From positions 1-40,355 of the IMG/VR virus record IMGVR_UViG_3300045988_116736: 40,355 nucleotides of DNA; one strand, given 5' to 3'. The stretch comes from a virus. The translations under genes were made by a program, and so were the position numbers. The notes beneath the pieces were generated by a model. It worked only from the letters and a program-made list of their open reading frames with translations, did not search any database and was not told the origin of the DNA. Of the stretch, positions 26,880-35,143 are shown piece by piece. How positions within the stretch are numbered: position 1 is the first letter of the stretch; each line of letters opens with the position of its first letter.

Positions 26880-27160
26880 TTCTCCCCCTCCATTTCCGCA
26901 GCACAGCCGGGGCAGTAGTGCAGGCCCGTTTTGTTGCCGTGCTTGTAGTAGGCGTTACGGCTCCGCTTCTCGTAGCGGCCACAAACAGCGCAGAAAACTT
27001 GCACCTTGTTCCTGCCCTGATACCGCTTGTCTAATATCCAACGGCTTGTTTGAGGCCGTATAACGTGAGCCGGGGGTATGTCGTGTACTGCGGATATTAC
27101 CTCGTCGTCTACGTCATAAAGGTTCAGCACGTTATCCACATCTTTTATCTCTACATACAT
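26876..27160 (-). CDS. zinc-ribbon protein
   Basis: Start at MYVEIKD. It carries CAVCG...CPGC. The longer track ORF overlaps dnaB. Confidence 0.55.
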   Translation of the reverse strand: MYVEIKDVDNVLNLYDVDDEVISAVHDIPPAHVIRPQTSRWILDKRYQGRNKVQVFCAVCGRYEKRSRNAYYKHGNKTGLHYCPGCAAEMEGEK

Positions 27161-28458
27161 ATTTGTTCGTCCTCTTCTATCGCATCGAAATCTATCTCGT
27201 GTTCGTAAAACCTGAAGTGTTCGCCGTCCCACAAGAGGTTGCATTCGCCGGTCCGCCCGTTGCGGTTCTTGGCTATAATTACGGTTGCTTCCTTCTCGTC
27301 CTTGCTGGTGTCATAAACCGCCGGGCGGTAGAGAAAAAGCACCTCATCCGCGTCCTGTTCTATGGCTCCTGATTCTCGAAGATCTGACAGCATAGGCCGG
27401 TGATTATTGCGCTGCTCGGGGTTGCGGGAAAGCTGGCTCAGTATCAGTACAGGCACATTCAGTTCCCTTGCCATCAGCTTCACGCTCCGGCTGATCTCCG
27501 ATACTTCCGTTACTCTATCACGGGTTTTACCCCGGCCCTGTATTAAGCCCAGATAGTCTATCACCACCAGATCAAGGGCTTTTTCTTGCTGTCGTATGGC
27601 ATAGCAACGAGCCTTCATTCTGTCCACGGTCAGCGCATCGTCTATTACATACAGCTTGGTTTTGCTTAACGTGTCCGCAGTTTCAGCCGCTAAAGTTACT
27701 TGCTTCGGATCCCCTGACTGTGCGTCAATGTCGCTGTACAATGCAGTGCTCATAACCGCTCTCCTGATGATGTCCTCCTCGTTCATTTCAAGGCTGAACG
27801 CCGCCACCACCCTATCTTGCATGGCCACATTTACGGCTATATTCATTCCGAATGAGGTCTTGCCCATAGAGGGGCGGGCTCCGATTACAGTCATATGTCC
27901 CGGCTTCAGTCCCCTCAGTTTAGTATCCAGCGCCAGGAATCCCGTCTTGAGGCCGCTGTCCTTAGCGCCTATGCTCAACACCGCCGAAAGGAACTTATCT
28001 CCTACCGGGGCTACTGTGCCGCTGCCTATAGCCTTTACTCCGTCAATGACGCTTTGGGCATCTGAGATATAGTCAGAATCCGCACCGGTTTTAATGTCGT
28101 CAAGTACCCGCTGCAATCCGGCCACAAGATGCCGTTGGCCAGAAGCAGCCATAACGCCATTGATGTAATATGCGGCATTAGCACCAGAGGGGACGGCAAG
28201 GGACAGTTTGGTGATATAGGTTATCCCGCCTGCCGTTTGTAAATCAGTCCCCAGCGCATCCATCAGCGTAATGTTATCGCACGGCGTACCGTCGTGGAAC
28301 ATCTTTTGCATGGTGCTGAAAATGATTTGATTTTCTATTTCCCTGAAATCCTCAACACGCAGGCAACCGCAGCCCTTTTCAAAGGCTTCACGGCTTATCA
28401 GCATCGAGCCTAACAACGCTCTTTCCAGTTCTGTCGAAGTACTCACGCAAGACTTCAC
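27151..28458 (-). CDS. dnaB: replicative DNA helicase DnaB
   Basis: The N-terminus is ELERALLGSML. Walker A is GARPSMGKTSF and Walker B is LVVIDYLGLI. The start is GTG after GGAGGATAAACGGC. Confidence 0.92.
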   Translation of the reverse strand: MKSCVSTSTELERALLGSMLISREAFEKGCGCLRVEDFREIENQIIFSTMQKMFHDGTPCDNITLMDALGTDLQTAGGITYITKLSLAVPSGANAAYYINGVMAASGQRHLVAGLQRVLDDIKTGADSDYISDAQSVIDGVKAIGSGTVAPVGDKFLSAVLSIGAKDSGLKTGFLALDTKLRGLKPGHMTVIGARPSMGKTSFGMNIAVNVAMQDRVVAAFSLEMNEEDIIRRAVMSTALYSDIDAQSGDPKQVTLAAETADTLSKTKLYVIDDALTVDRMKARCYAIRQQEKALDLVVIDYLGLIQGRGKTRDRVTEVSEISRSVKLMARELNVPVLILSQLSRNPEQRNNHRPMLSDLRESGAIEQDADEVLFLYRPAVYDTSKDEKEATVIIAKNRNGRTGECNLLWDGEHFRFYEHEIDFDAIEEDEQICM

Positions 28459-29218
28459 GCCGTTTATCCTCCATTTCCTCTGCCTGCTTCAGTGTTTTGA
28501 TAGCTTCCCGTGTTTGCTCCGCCATCTTTTGGTGGTAGTCCCTCTGTTCTTCCGGCGGCGGGGTTTGGACTGCTGATGATTCCGCCGTTCTCCTTTTGTT
28601 CTCCCAAGTCCTCACAGCAGCTTTCCAATCTACCATCTTGTTTTTTCCTACCATCCATCCCTTTGAAACGTAGAAGTCATACCACTCATCCGGGTCTATA
28701 CCGTTCGCTCTATCCTTGCAGTAGGCTCTAACCTCGTCTATGTCTGGCGGTGTGAAGGGCTTTGCCCTCTCACGCTTCCCCCCCTGGGGGGATATAGGGG
28801 GGTTATTGTTTATATCTGTGTTTATATATGTGTTTATATATGGTATTGGTGAATCCCTTTTAGGCTCTTCCATTGTCCTATTTTGGGCTTTTGGAGCAGT
28901 CCCATTTTGGAACATCGAATAACCCTTTTCGGTCAGTGCATACCAGAGGGTTCTGTCAAAGGGCTTGCTGTTGTAGCAGCCTGTCTTTAACAGCCCTTCG
29001 TCAATCAGTTTCTGGAGTGCAGCCTTGAATTGTTTCTCTCCCATGTAGGGAAACAAAGTTCTCCACGCCGCCTTAGTGTTGTACGTCCAGTAACAGCCGT
29101 CATAATAGTTCTCTTCATTTGCCTCGTTCTTTTTAATCCAGAACGCGATGTTGTTAAAGATTATGGCGGCGTTTACGCCCACAAGGGCAGCAACGTCCGT
29201 ATCGAACGAGTGATACAT
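28388..29218 (-). CDS. replication initiator / replisome organizer (helicase-loader type)
   Basis: The N-terminus looks winged-helix-like (AAIIFNNIAFWIKKNEAN...DRTLWYALTEKG). The C-terminus, EVRAYCKDRANGIDPDEWYDFYVSKGWMVGKNKMVDWKAAVRTWE, is typical of phage DnaD-related C-terminal domains. It lies directly upstream of dnaB. Confidence 0.65.
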   Translation of the reverse strand: MYHSFDTDVAALVGVNAAIIFNNIAFWIKKNEANEENYYDGCYWTYNTKAAWRTLFPYMGEKQFKAALQKLIDEGLLKTGCYNSKPFDRTLWYALTEKGYSMFQNGTAPKAQNRTMEEPKRDSPIPYINTYINTDINNNPPISPQGGKRERAKPFTPPDIDEVRAYCKDRANGIDPDEWYDFYVSKGWMVGKNKMVDWKAAVRTWENKRRTAESSAVQTPPPEEQRDYHQKMAEQTREAIKTLKQAEEMEDKRREVLREYFDRTGKSVVRLDADKP

Positions 29219-29230
29219 TTCTTACCTCCA

Positions 29231-29602
29231 TTAAAACGGCAAATCGTCGTCCGTTATCTCCTTGAATCCTGAAATGTCCGTGGGGGGCTGCTGTTCCGCA
29301 AATCTGCGATAGATTGTAGAAAGGTCGGCTGTCACAAAATCCGCCTCAAGGAACCATCTCTTGTTTCCGTCCTTGCCCTCATAGTTACTAAGCGTACCCG
29401 ACACTATGACGTAATCGCCCTTTTGCAACCCGCGCCATGCGTCCACTGCGGCAAACAGCGCGTCGACATTGATTACGCCCTCCTTGTCGTAGGCTATCGC
29501 TGTGCGCATCTTGGGATACCCCTTGGAACCGAAGGTTGAAAACTCCGGGTCGCGCACCAGCTTGCCAACACACAACCTTTTTAAACCGTCTTTAATTACC
29601 AT
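29231..29602 (-). CDS. ssb: single-stranded DNA-binding protein
   Basis: 123 aa ending in the acidic SSB tip DDDLPF. It lies between recT and the replication genes. Confidence 0.75.
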   Translation of the reverse strand: MVIKDGLKRLCVGKLVRDPEFSTFGSKGYPKMRTAIAYDKEGVINVDALFAAVDAWRGLQKGDYVIVSGTLSNYEGKDGNKRWFLEADFVTADLSTIYRRFAEQQPPTDISGFKEITDDDLPF

Positions 29603-29619
29603 CGTGTATATACCTTTCC

Positions 29620-30249
29620 TTAGCTGAGCTTAATTGTTACCTTCTCGGGCTCGTCGCCCTTAATGTCCTTGATTTCTTCGACGGTCTGTAGGCCTAACAG
29701 CACTTCCGGGCAGAATGTCCTTGCAAAGAAAGCCGCCGCACGATAGCGCATCATCTGATGCCGCAAATCCGTTTTCCACTTTGAACCAGCCTTGTCCAGC
29801 CAGCCTTCATCTTTCGCAAGTTGCATAGTTATTGCCGGAGAGCAGCACACCTCGCCATCAACTAACCGTGTTGCCATAGCGTAGCAGCCTCCTCCGCCTT
29901 CTTCTACGTCAACAAACTTCAATGGGGTAAATCTGCCGCAGCTATTTACAGCAGCTATACAGAACTGTCCGCTCCATGCGGGTTTCCCTTTTACGATATA
30001 TAAATTTTGTGCAACAAGGCTCAATGAGCACCCCATGCGACTTGCAATGTCCATAGCTATGAGCACATTCTCCGGCTTACCCTTGTACGCTTCTGGCATT
30101 AAGTCTGAACGAGAAAGTATACTTGCCGTTTTATACGCCTTATTCATGGCGTTACTGTCGAGGTAGTTGATTGTGGTAGAGAGCGCGCTCTGAGGCTCTA
30201 CGGCCGCAATGTCAGTTGTTGGCTGCTGCTCTATTCTTACTTCTTCCAT
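29620..30249 (-). CDS. recT: RecT-family single-strand annealing recombinase
   Basis: The motifs LMPEAYKGKPENVLIAMDIASRMG, IVKGKPAWSGQF and MMRYRAAAFFARTFCPEVLLG match the RecT pattern. Confidence 0.8.
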   Translation of the reverse strand: MEEVRIEQQPTTDIAAVEPQSALSTTINYLDSNAMNKAYKTASILSRSDLMPEAYKGKPENVLIAMDIASRMGCSLSLVAQNLYIVKGKPAWSGQFCIAAVNSCGRFTPLKFVDVEEGGGGCYAMATRLVDGEVCCSPAITMQLAKDEGWLDKAGSKWKTDLRHQMMRYRAAAFFARTFCPEVLLGLQTVEEIKDIKGDEPEKVTIKLS

Positions 30250-30877
30250 GTTTTAAGCTCTCCTTTGATAATATTTGTTCTGTTGATTTCCCAGTAAGAT
30301 AACGCCTTGAAACCGTCTTATAATTCAGTTCGAGAAGCTGACACCATTCTGCGAGTGTACGCACTTCACCGTTATGCTCTAACTTCACGCTGCTCCTCCG
30401 ATTGTTGCTTTGCTCTTTTCCTGTTGCCCAACGGCAGTTTTCTGGGCTGTAATCTCCGTTCACATCTATGCGGTCGATAGATAAGTAGTCGCAGTAACCA
30501 TGCGATAATGCCCAGTCCCTAAAGGTCTCATATTTCTTCCATTCATCGCACACTTTGATACCGCGAGCACCATAGTTGGCGTAATTGCAATCCTTAGGGT
30601 TTGTGCATCGCTGCTTCATCTTTTCGTATATGTTGTATAGTCTGCTGTAGCTATCACCATGCTTGAGATTGAGCTTTGCCATCCTTTCGCTTCGAAAACA
30701 ATTACAACTTGTTTTGTGTCCACTAAGCAAATTATTTGACTTTACTATAACTTCGTTGCCGCATGAACATAAACACCGCCAAGCCACCCGCTTATCAGTA
30801 GACGAAACTATCTCCCTCGACAAGACGGTTAAACTGCCGAAATGCATTCCGGTCAAGTCTTTGGCAGGTCGCCCCAT
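30212..30877 (-). CDS. HNH_3-like (degenerate) DNA-binding/endonuclease-like protein
   Basis: It has an N-terminal Cys cluster (WRCLCSCG...SCNC). The core SIDRIDVNGDYSPENCRWATGKEQSNN aligns to the HNH_3 motif, but Arg replaces the first His. A C-terminal HTH-like tail follows. Confidence 0.55.
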   Translation of the reverse strand: MGRPAKDLTGMHFGSLTVLSREIVSSTDKRVAWRCLCSCGNEVIVKSNNLLSGHKTSCNCFRSERMAKLNLKHGDSYSRLYNIYEKMKQRCTNPKDCNYANYGARGIKVCDEWKKYETFRDWALSHGYCDYLSIDRIDVNGDYSPENCRWATGKEQSNNRRSSVKLEHNGEVRTLAEWCQLLELNYKTVSRRYLTGKSTEQILSKESLKHGRSKNRAAANN

Positions 30878-31476
30878 TACTTTTTCTTCCTCTCTTTCTT
30901 CTCAAAAATCTTGTGAATTGCGTAACACGCCCGGAAAATTGTGTCATCTATAGGCATCTCAATCAGCTTATACGTGCCGTCTTTGCGCAGATGCAGACAG
31001 TACAGAGCGTTCACCTTTAAACCGTTGGCCTCGGCGATAAGCTTGTAGCCGTTAAGCTGTGCGCCCACATAGGGCTTGTGTACCGTGGCGGTAGTTTTAA
31101 GGTCTACAATGGCCTGTCCACCTTTAACCTTGCCGTACCTGTCCAGCGTTCCTGCTGCGGTCAGTGTGTCATTGTCCACGTAGCAGGCGTATTCGATCCG
31201 TGTCCACTCCGGGGCTATGTCCTTGCGAAACTGGATATAAGCCTTAATGTACGGCTCAATGTCCTTGTCAATCTCTGCTTCGCCGTACTTGTCCAGCACC
31301 TCGCAAGCCTTGTGTACCCGCTTGCCTCTGTCGGCGGCATTGTCCAGTGTATACTGTGATATGCTGGAGTACATCTCCCGCGACAGAAACCGCAGTATCT
31401 CGCTGACCGCCGGAATCTTTTTGTCGCCCACGACATACTCATGTTCGGCATCAAAAAACTTTAGTATCTGTGCCAC
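30877..31476 (-). CDS. PD-(D/E)XK exonuclease (RecB/Cas4-like), partner of RecT
   Basis: GTG start after GAGGAGG. The motifs GTLDRYG...AIVDLKTT...QLNGY fit the PD-(D/E)XK fold. Confidence 0.7.
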   Translation of the reverse strand: MAQILKFFDAEHEYVVGDKKIPAVSEILRFLSREMYSSISQYTLDNAADRGKRVHKACEVLDKYGEAEIDKDIEPYIKAYIQFRKDIAPEWTRIEYACYVDNDTLTAAGTLDRYGKVKGGQAIVDLKTTATVHKPYVGAQLNGYKLIAEANGLKVNALYCLHLRKDGTYKLIEMPIDDTIFRACYAIHKIFEKKERKKK

Positions 31477-31585
31477 TCCTGTTTGGCCTCCTCTCTGCCC
31501 CTCTGCGGGGCTTGTGTGTTATCATTGGTAGTTATATCCTCTGCGCCGCGTAAAGCGGCTTAGAACCGTATTGATATGATTAAAA

Positions 31586-31933
31586 CTATATTCCTGCTAA
31601 CAGGTGATTGAGCACCGCAGTACAGTCACCCGTCGCCTGTCGCTCGGCGTAACGCCTAAGCTGCCGTAAAGCCTTGTCATAGCACTCCCGGCACATGTCG
31701 TCTTTGTCGCTCATCTGCTCCCAGCCGCGCCACTCTCCGCAAAATGTACACTGATAGGCATCTTCAAAGTTGCCATCTTCGCTGTCACAGACGGGGCAAA
31801 CGTAAACGCGCTCTTCGGGATCGTCCCTTGTCGCTGGATAAACTATCTGTTTTATCGCGGACCGGGGAAATGTTTTCTTGCAGGCCGGGCAATAGGCGTA
31901 GCTCTCGTCATACTTGTCGTACTCTATGTACAT
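31586..31933 (-). CDS. multi-CxxC zinc-finger protein
   Basis: 115 aa carrying CPACK, CPVCD, CTFCG and CRECY. Confidence 0.6.
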   Translation of the reverse strand: MYIEYDKYDESYAYCPACKKTFPRSAIKQIVYPATRDDPEERVYVCPVCDSEDGNFEDAYQCTFCGEWRGWEQMSDKDDMCRECYDKALRQLRRYAERQATGDCTAVLNHLLAGI

Positions 31934-31934
31934 G

Positions 31935-32615
31935 TCAGTATATCCCCCATTGTTCCGCCATAGCTTTGGCTATGCCGGGAAACGTTTTGCTTCGCACTTT
32001 TGCGCTACGCGAATATGTATCTTCCCATGTCCGCGCTTTTCCGCTTGGCATTACTCCATACAGCTTCGCGTTGTTCGGTTTTGGAATTTCGTTCCCCCTT
32101 AACACGGGGAGATTGTGCAACCACAAGCAGGTGGCCTTTGTAACGTAGTTTTCGGTGTCGTTAGTGGATTTTGCAAACATGTACGGGTGTATAATCTGGT
32201 CTGGTTTTCGGTACGCACTACTCATGAAGCCTATCGGGTTCTCGATAGCATACCTTTCTGTGTTAGCCGCCAGGAATCTCATGAAAAAAACGGCACCTCT
32301 TGCTCGTTCTTCCCACCGCGCAACGACTTTTTCAGCCGGTGTGCACCGGAGGGAAAAGTGGCGTGTAGCGACATTGCTCAAATAAGTGCATGGTGGGTGT
32401 GCTATCAGAATCTCCCATTTACCAACATCATTCGCCCGTCCGTCCATAGTGACGATTTGTCCCCCCTCTATGGCCTCGAGCGCATCACCGAGAATATGCC
32501 ACTCTGGATGGCCGCCGCTTGGCTCCTGTATATCACAGCTGTAAGCCTCATGGCCTAATGCGCGGAATGCCTTGCACACTTCCTGCGATTCTTCACAGGC
32601 TACTAAAACTTTCAT
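31935..32615 (-). CDS. minimal DNA cytosine-C5 methyltransferase-like protein (orphan)
   Basis: 226 aa with AHPPCTYLS (PC catalytic motif IV) and YAIENPIG (motif VI, ENV-like). The N-terminus VLVACEESQEV is typical of the short phage C5-MTase family. No adjacent nuclease is present. Confidence 0.6.
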   Translation of the reverse strand: MKVLVACEESQEVCKAFRALGHEAYSCDIQEPSGGHPEWHILGDALEAIEGGQIVTMDGRANDVGKWEILIAHPPCTYLSNVATRHFSLRCTPAEKVVARWEERARGAVFFMRFLAANTERYAIENPIGFMSSAYRKPDQIIHPYMFAKSTNDTENYVTKATCLWLHNLPVLRGNEIPKPNNAKLYGVMPSGKARTWEDTYSRSAKVRSKTFPGIAKAMAEQWGIY

Positions 32616-32636
32616 GTTATCCCTCCCCCCAGCAGA

Positions 32637-32747
32637 TCAACGCCTATGCTTTTTCTGCTGTCCGCGCTCCAGCCCAGCCACGTAGCCCAGCATCAGGAAC
32701 GGCACGCAGAATGTGAAGAATACTCCCCAGCTAAACATTAGTTTCAT
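32637..32747 (-). CDS. 36-aa single-pass membrane peptide (MKLMFSWGVFFTFCVPFLMLGYVAGLERGQQKKHRR)
   Basis: Found by eye. It fills the gap upstream of the MTase and overlaps the upstream gene end. No clear SD is present. Confidence 0.3.
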   Translation of the reverse strand: MKLMFSWGVFFTFCVPFLMLGYVAGLERGQQKKHRR

Positions 32748-33216
32748 TGTTGTTCCATCTCCTCCCCCGTTTTAGTTGCCCATCGGAATACTTGCGCACT
32801 CTATCTTCACTTAGCCCGGTTGCCGCCCTTATCTGCTTGTTTGTATAGCCCGCCACGGCCATATCATAGACACGTCGCTGCACTGCAATTGGCGGCTCTG
32901 GTTTTGACGGCTTGTGCTCTACACCGTGATTGATTTTGTCTTTGCTTTCGGGCCCCAATCCTCCACCGTCATACGATAGGCCGTCATCTGGCAAGCGCGG
33001 AAGTTGGTCGGCTGGGATATACGGCCAACCCAACCGCAGAGCCTTGTCCATCGCGTCGCGTATCTGCTGGATACCTTTGTTCGGCCACACTTTTTTTATC
33101 TGCCCTATCGTGCGGTTATCCCGGTGCATAAACACATACACCTCAAACGCCGTGGCTCCTTCCATTGCGGCGGGTAGTTGCAGATTTGTATCCTGTGGTA
33201 TGATTGCCGTTGTCAT
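32731..33216 (-). CDS. DNA-binding protein with C-terminal sigma-r4/LuxR-like HTH
   Basis: Start at MTTAIIPQD, with its ATG overlapping the upstream stop as ATGA and GGAGGT upstream. The C-terminus reads VYDMAVAGYTNKQIRAATGLSEDRVRKY. The first 112 codons of the track ORF are rejected. Confidence 0.6.
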   Translation of the reverse strand: MTTAIIPQDTNLQLPAAMEGATAFEVYVFMHRDNRTIGQIKKVWPNKGIQQIRDAMDKALRLGWPYIPADQLPRLPDDGLSYDGGGLGPESKDKINHGVEHKPSKPEPPIAVQRRVYDMAVAGYTNKQIRAATGLSEDRVRKYSDGQLKRGRRWNNNETNV

Positions 33217-33470
33217 GCTGCGTAACCTCCGGCGGGGAAATAAGTTGTAAGTTCGGAATGGTCTATCCGGAACATATCGAGAATGGCGTAACAATAAGGT
33301 AGCGGCCATGGCCTGTTGTCGTTCATCAGGTCGCCAAGATAATAGCGTGAGCAGCCCAGTTTCCGGGCTATGTCGGCCTGTGTGTAGTCGTATTCTTTCA
33401 GCAGGCCCCGCAGCTTGGCATACGGCCTCTGCATGGGCGCATCGGTTTGTAATATGTCTATATGTTTCAT
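33213..33470 (-). CDS. HTH DNA-binding protein
   Basis: 85 aa counted from the second ATG, 6 nt after GGAGG. The HTH is YTQADIARKLGCSRYYLGDLMN. Confidence 0.65.
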   Translation of the reverse strand: MKHIDILQTDAPMQRPYAKLRGLLKEYDYTQADIARKLGCSRYYLGDLMNDNRPWPLPYCYAILDMFRIDHSELTTYFPAGGYAA

Positions 33471-33599
33471 TTTCATCCTCCTGCGATGATTTTCCCATTA
33501 CCACAGCCCTCCGGCAGGCGGGCCAGTTTCCCGGCCTTTGCCTACCTAACAAACAAGAAAGGAGGTAACAATGCAGGCATTCCGCCCGCCGGAAAGCTG

Positions 33600-33608
33600 T
33601 GGTATAAT
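33600..33608 (+). promoter_or_regulatory. extended -10 promoter element TGGTATAAT
   Basis: An exact TGnTATAAT lies 21 nt upstream of the proposed start of the + strand gene. The -35 is weak (TTCCGC). Confidence 0.5.
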
Positions 33609-33629
33609 TCCCTTGTGGGGGTGATAAAC

Positions 33630-33959
33630 TTGCTTACTGAAACACAGGAAAAAGTTCTTGCAGCATTGCTTTCGCTTGATAACTTTTCGATGGGTTCACT
33701 ATCAACAGTTACCGGCATTCCTGCGAATGTTCTTGATGAAACGCTTCTTGAACTATTCCATCTTGATTACTTGGAATCGCTTGTCCGCAACTATAAAAAT
33801 GAGATAATTACGGCAAGTCCCTCTGCTTTAGGCAAACACTACTTTGAGAAAAAACGTGCTGTCCAGCATCTCGAACTTAAAAAATGGATTTCCGGCTTCT
33901 TTACAGGTGTTGCAACATCTCTTGTTGCAACTTACGTCTGGCAATTACTTACAAGATAA
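33630..33959 (+). CDS. membrane-anchored winged-helix protein (moron-like)
   Basis: The ORF frame is open from 33462. I prefer the TTG at 33630, 5 nt after GGGGGTGA, with GTGs at 33615 and 33621 as alternatives. It has a wHTH-like segment (QEKVLAALLSLDNFSMGSLSTVTGIPANVLDETLLEL) and a C-terminal TM (ISGFFTGVATSLVATYVWQLL). It looks visibly AT-richer than its neighbours. Confidence 0.55.
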   Translation: MLTETQEKVLAALLSLDNFSMGSLSTVTGIPANVLDETLLELFHLDYLESLVRNYKNEIITASPSALGKHYFEKKRAVQHLELKKWISGFFTGVATSLVATYVWQLLTR

Positions 33960-34062
33960 GGTTGAACAGCCAGTTCGTCAGCAAGTGTCCAACAAAAAAT
34001 CCGAGCACAAACGGCCAGTTTTCTTTCAGGTATTCTTTATACCATTTTATGAACTTGATCAT
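33949..34062 (-). CDS. 37-aa membrane peptide (MIKFIKWYKEYLKENWPFVLGFFVGHLLTNWLFNLIL)
   Basis: Found by eye, with SD GAGGAGAAAAC. It lies just downstream of the Cro-like gene and converges on the + strand gene with an 11-nt overlap. Confidence 0.4.
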   Translation of the reverse strand: MIKFIKWYKEYLKENWPFVLGFFVGHLLTNWLFNLIL

Positions 34063-34094
34063 GTTTTCTCCTCTTGTCGGTGGTTCTATCAACT

Positions 34095-34286
34095 TTAAGC
34101 GAATAGCCTTTCCTTAGATTGATCTGGGAAAAACTGTTTTTGTATAATGCAAGTGTCTTTCCAAAGCAACGGGCTTTTACCGCTCAACTTGCGACACAGG
34201 CTGGAGTAAGAGCATCCCAGAGCCTGTGCAATGGCGGCCTTTTTAATGCCGCGTTTCTTTATCATTTCGTTAAGATAAGGGTACAT
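34095..34286 (-). CDS. Cro-like HTH regulator
   Basis: 63 aa starting MYPYLNEMIKKRG after GGGAGGTGG. The HTH is IKKAAIAQALGCSYSSLCRKLSG. It is divergent from the CI-like gene. Confidence 0.7.
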   Translation of the reverse strand: MYPYLNEMIKKRGIKKAAIAQALGCSYSSLCRKLSGKSPLLWKDTCIIQKQFFPDQSKERLFA

Positions 34287-34309
34287 GAGACCACCTCCCT
34301 TCATTTCTA

Positions 34310-34411
34310 ATCACCGTCTGTGGCTATTGCACTATCATATTATCACCGTTAATGGTTATTGTCAAGCGTAAAATCACCGTTGACGGAAATTATTTCGCCG
34401 TTAATGGTGAT
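34310..34411. promoter_or_regulatory. operator array: four copies of ATCACCGT-containing sites
   Basis: The sites are ATCACCGT (34310-34317), ATCACCGTTAATGGTTAT (34342-34359), ATCACCGTTGACGGAAAT (34373-34390) and, inverted, TTCGCCGTTAATGGTGAT (34394-34411). The consensus is an 18-bp palindrome, ATCACCGTTAACGGTGAT. Confidence 0.75.
34337..34365 (-). promoter_or_regulatory. PR-like early promoter TTGACA-17-TAATAT
   Basis: On the - strand the -35 TTGACA lies at 34360-34365 and the -10 TAATAT at 34337-34342. The 17-nt spacer is occupied by the operator at 34342-34359. Confidence 0.7.
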
Positions 34412-34417
34412 TAAGTG

Positions 34418-34446
34418 TTGCAAATATGATTGACTTGTGATATTGT
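34418..34446 (+). promoter_or_regulatory. candidate repressor-gene promoter TTGCAA-17-TATTGT (TGa extended)
   Basis: Read on the + strand. It would give a very short leader ahead of GGAGG at 34453. This is a weaker call than the PR-like promoter. Confidence 0.4.
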
Positions 34447-34465
34447 TAAGTTGGAGGTATGAGAT

Positions 34466-34789
34466 ATGAGTTTTGAGATTATTAACAGAAGAAAAAAGGA
34501 ACTGGGAATAGGAAATGCTGAACTTGCGGCCATGTCTGGGGTGCCAAAGGCTACTATCGATAAAATAACGTCAGGAGCTACGACAAACCCCAGCCTTGAA
34601 ACAATGAAGTCCATAGCCCGCGCCCTTAATGTGTCTCTGGACGCTTTCGACGACGAGCCCGCTGTGGATGCAGAACGTAGGGCGAAAGAACAAGAACTTT
34701 TGGCGGTGGTTAATGCGTTAGGCCTTGATTATTCGGAGGTTGTGAAGCGGCTTGTTCAATTAAAAGCAGACACTTCGCAAAAAGAATAA
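34466..34789 (+). CDS. CI-like XRE-family repressor (no peptidase domain)
   Basis: 107 aa with the HTH LGIGNAELAAMSGVPKATIDKITSG. It is divergent from the Cro-like gene across the operator array. Confidence 0.75.
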   Translation: MSFEIINRRKKELGIGNAELAAMSGVPKATIDKITSGATTNPSLETMKSIARALNVSLDAFDDEPAVDAERRAKEQELLAVVNALGLDYSEVVKRLVQLKADTSQKE

Positions 34790-35143
34790 CTTTATCCAGG
34801 TCACTGTTACTTAGGGAGTGAATGTTTTTCAAGAAGTCTCTCACGATTTTTACCTCCAAACACTTGTTCTGTTTTGATAATAACACGTTAGATTCAAAAA
34901 GAAAGGGGGAATTTGTATGAGAGTACCATAAACGGGACTGCGCTCAACGATGTTGCACAAATCGTGCCTCAAATTTAATCGGCAGGGGCGATTTCTCACC
35001 CCCGCCTAAGACGGTGGAGAAGCATCGGGGAACCGTCCTGAATAAAGCATAGCATTTATACCGCTCTAATCAATACTCATAAAGAAGCGTTTCGCTAACA
35101 TTCTTGTTTTTTCGCCACACATAAATGAAGAAGGTGATACCAT

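Noticed and set aside
32731-33552. The full 273-aa - strand ORF read as one gene
   Set aside because: Its first 112 codons overlap the SD-led HTH gene at 33213-33470 in another frame. An internal ATG with GGAGGT and an ATGA stop/start overlap gives the coherent 161-aa product.
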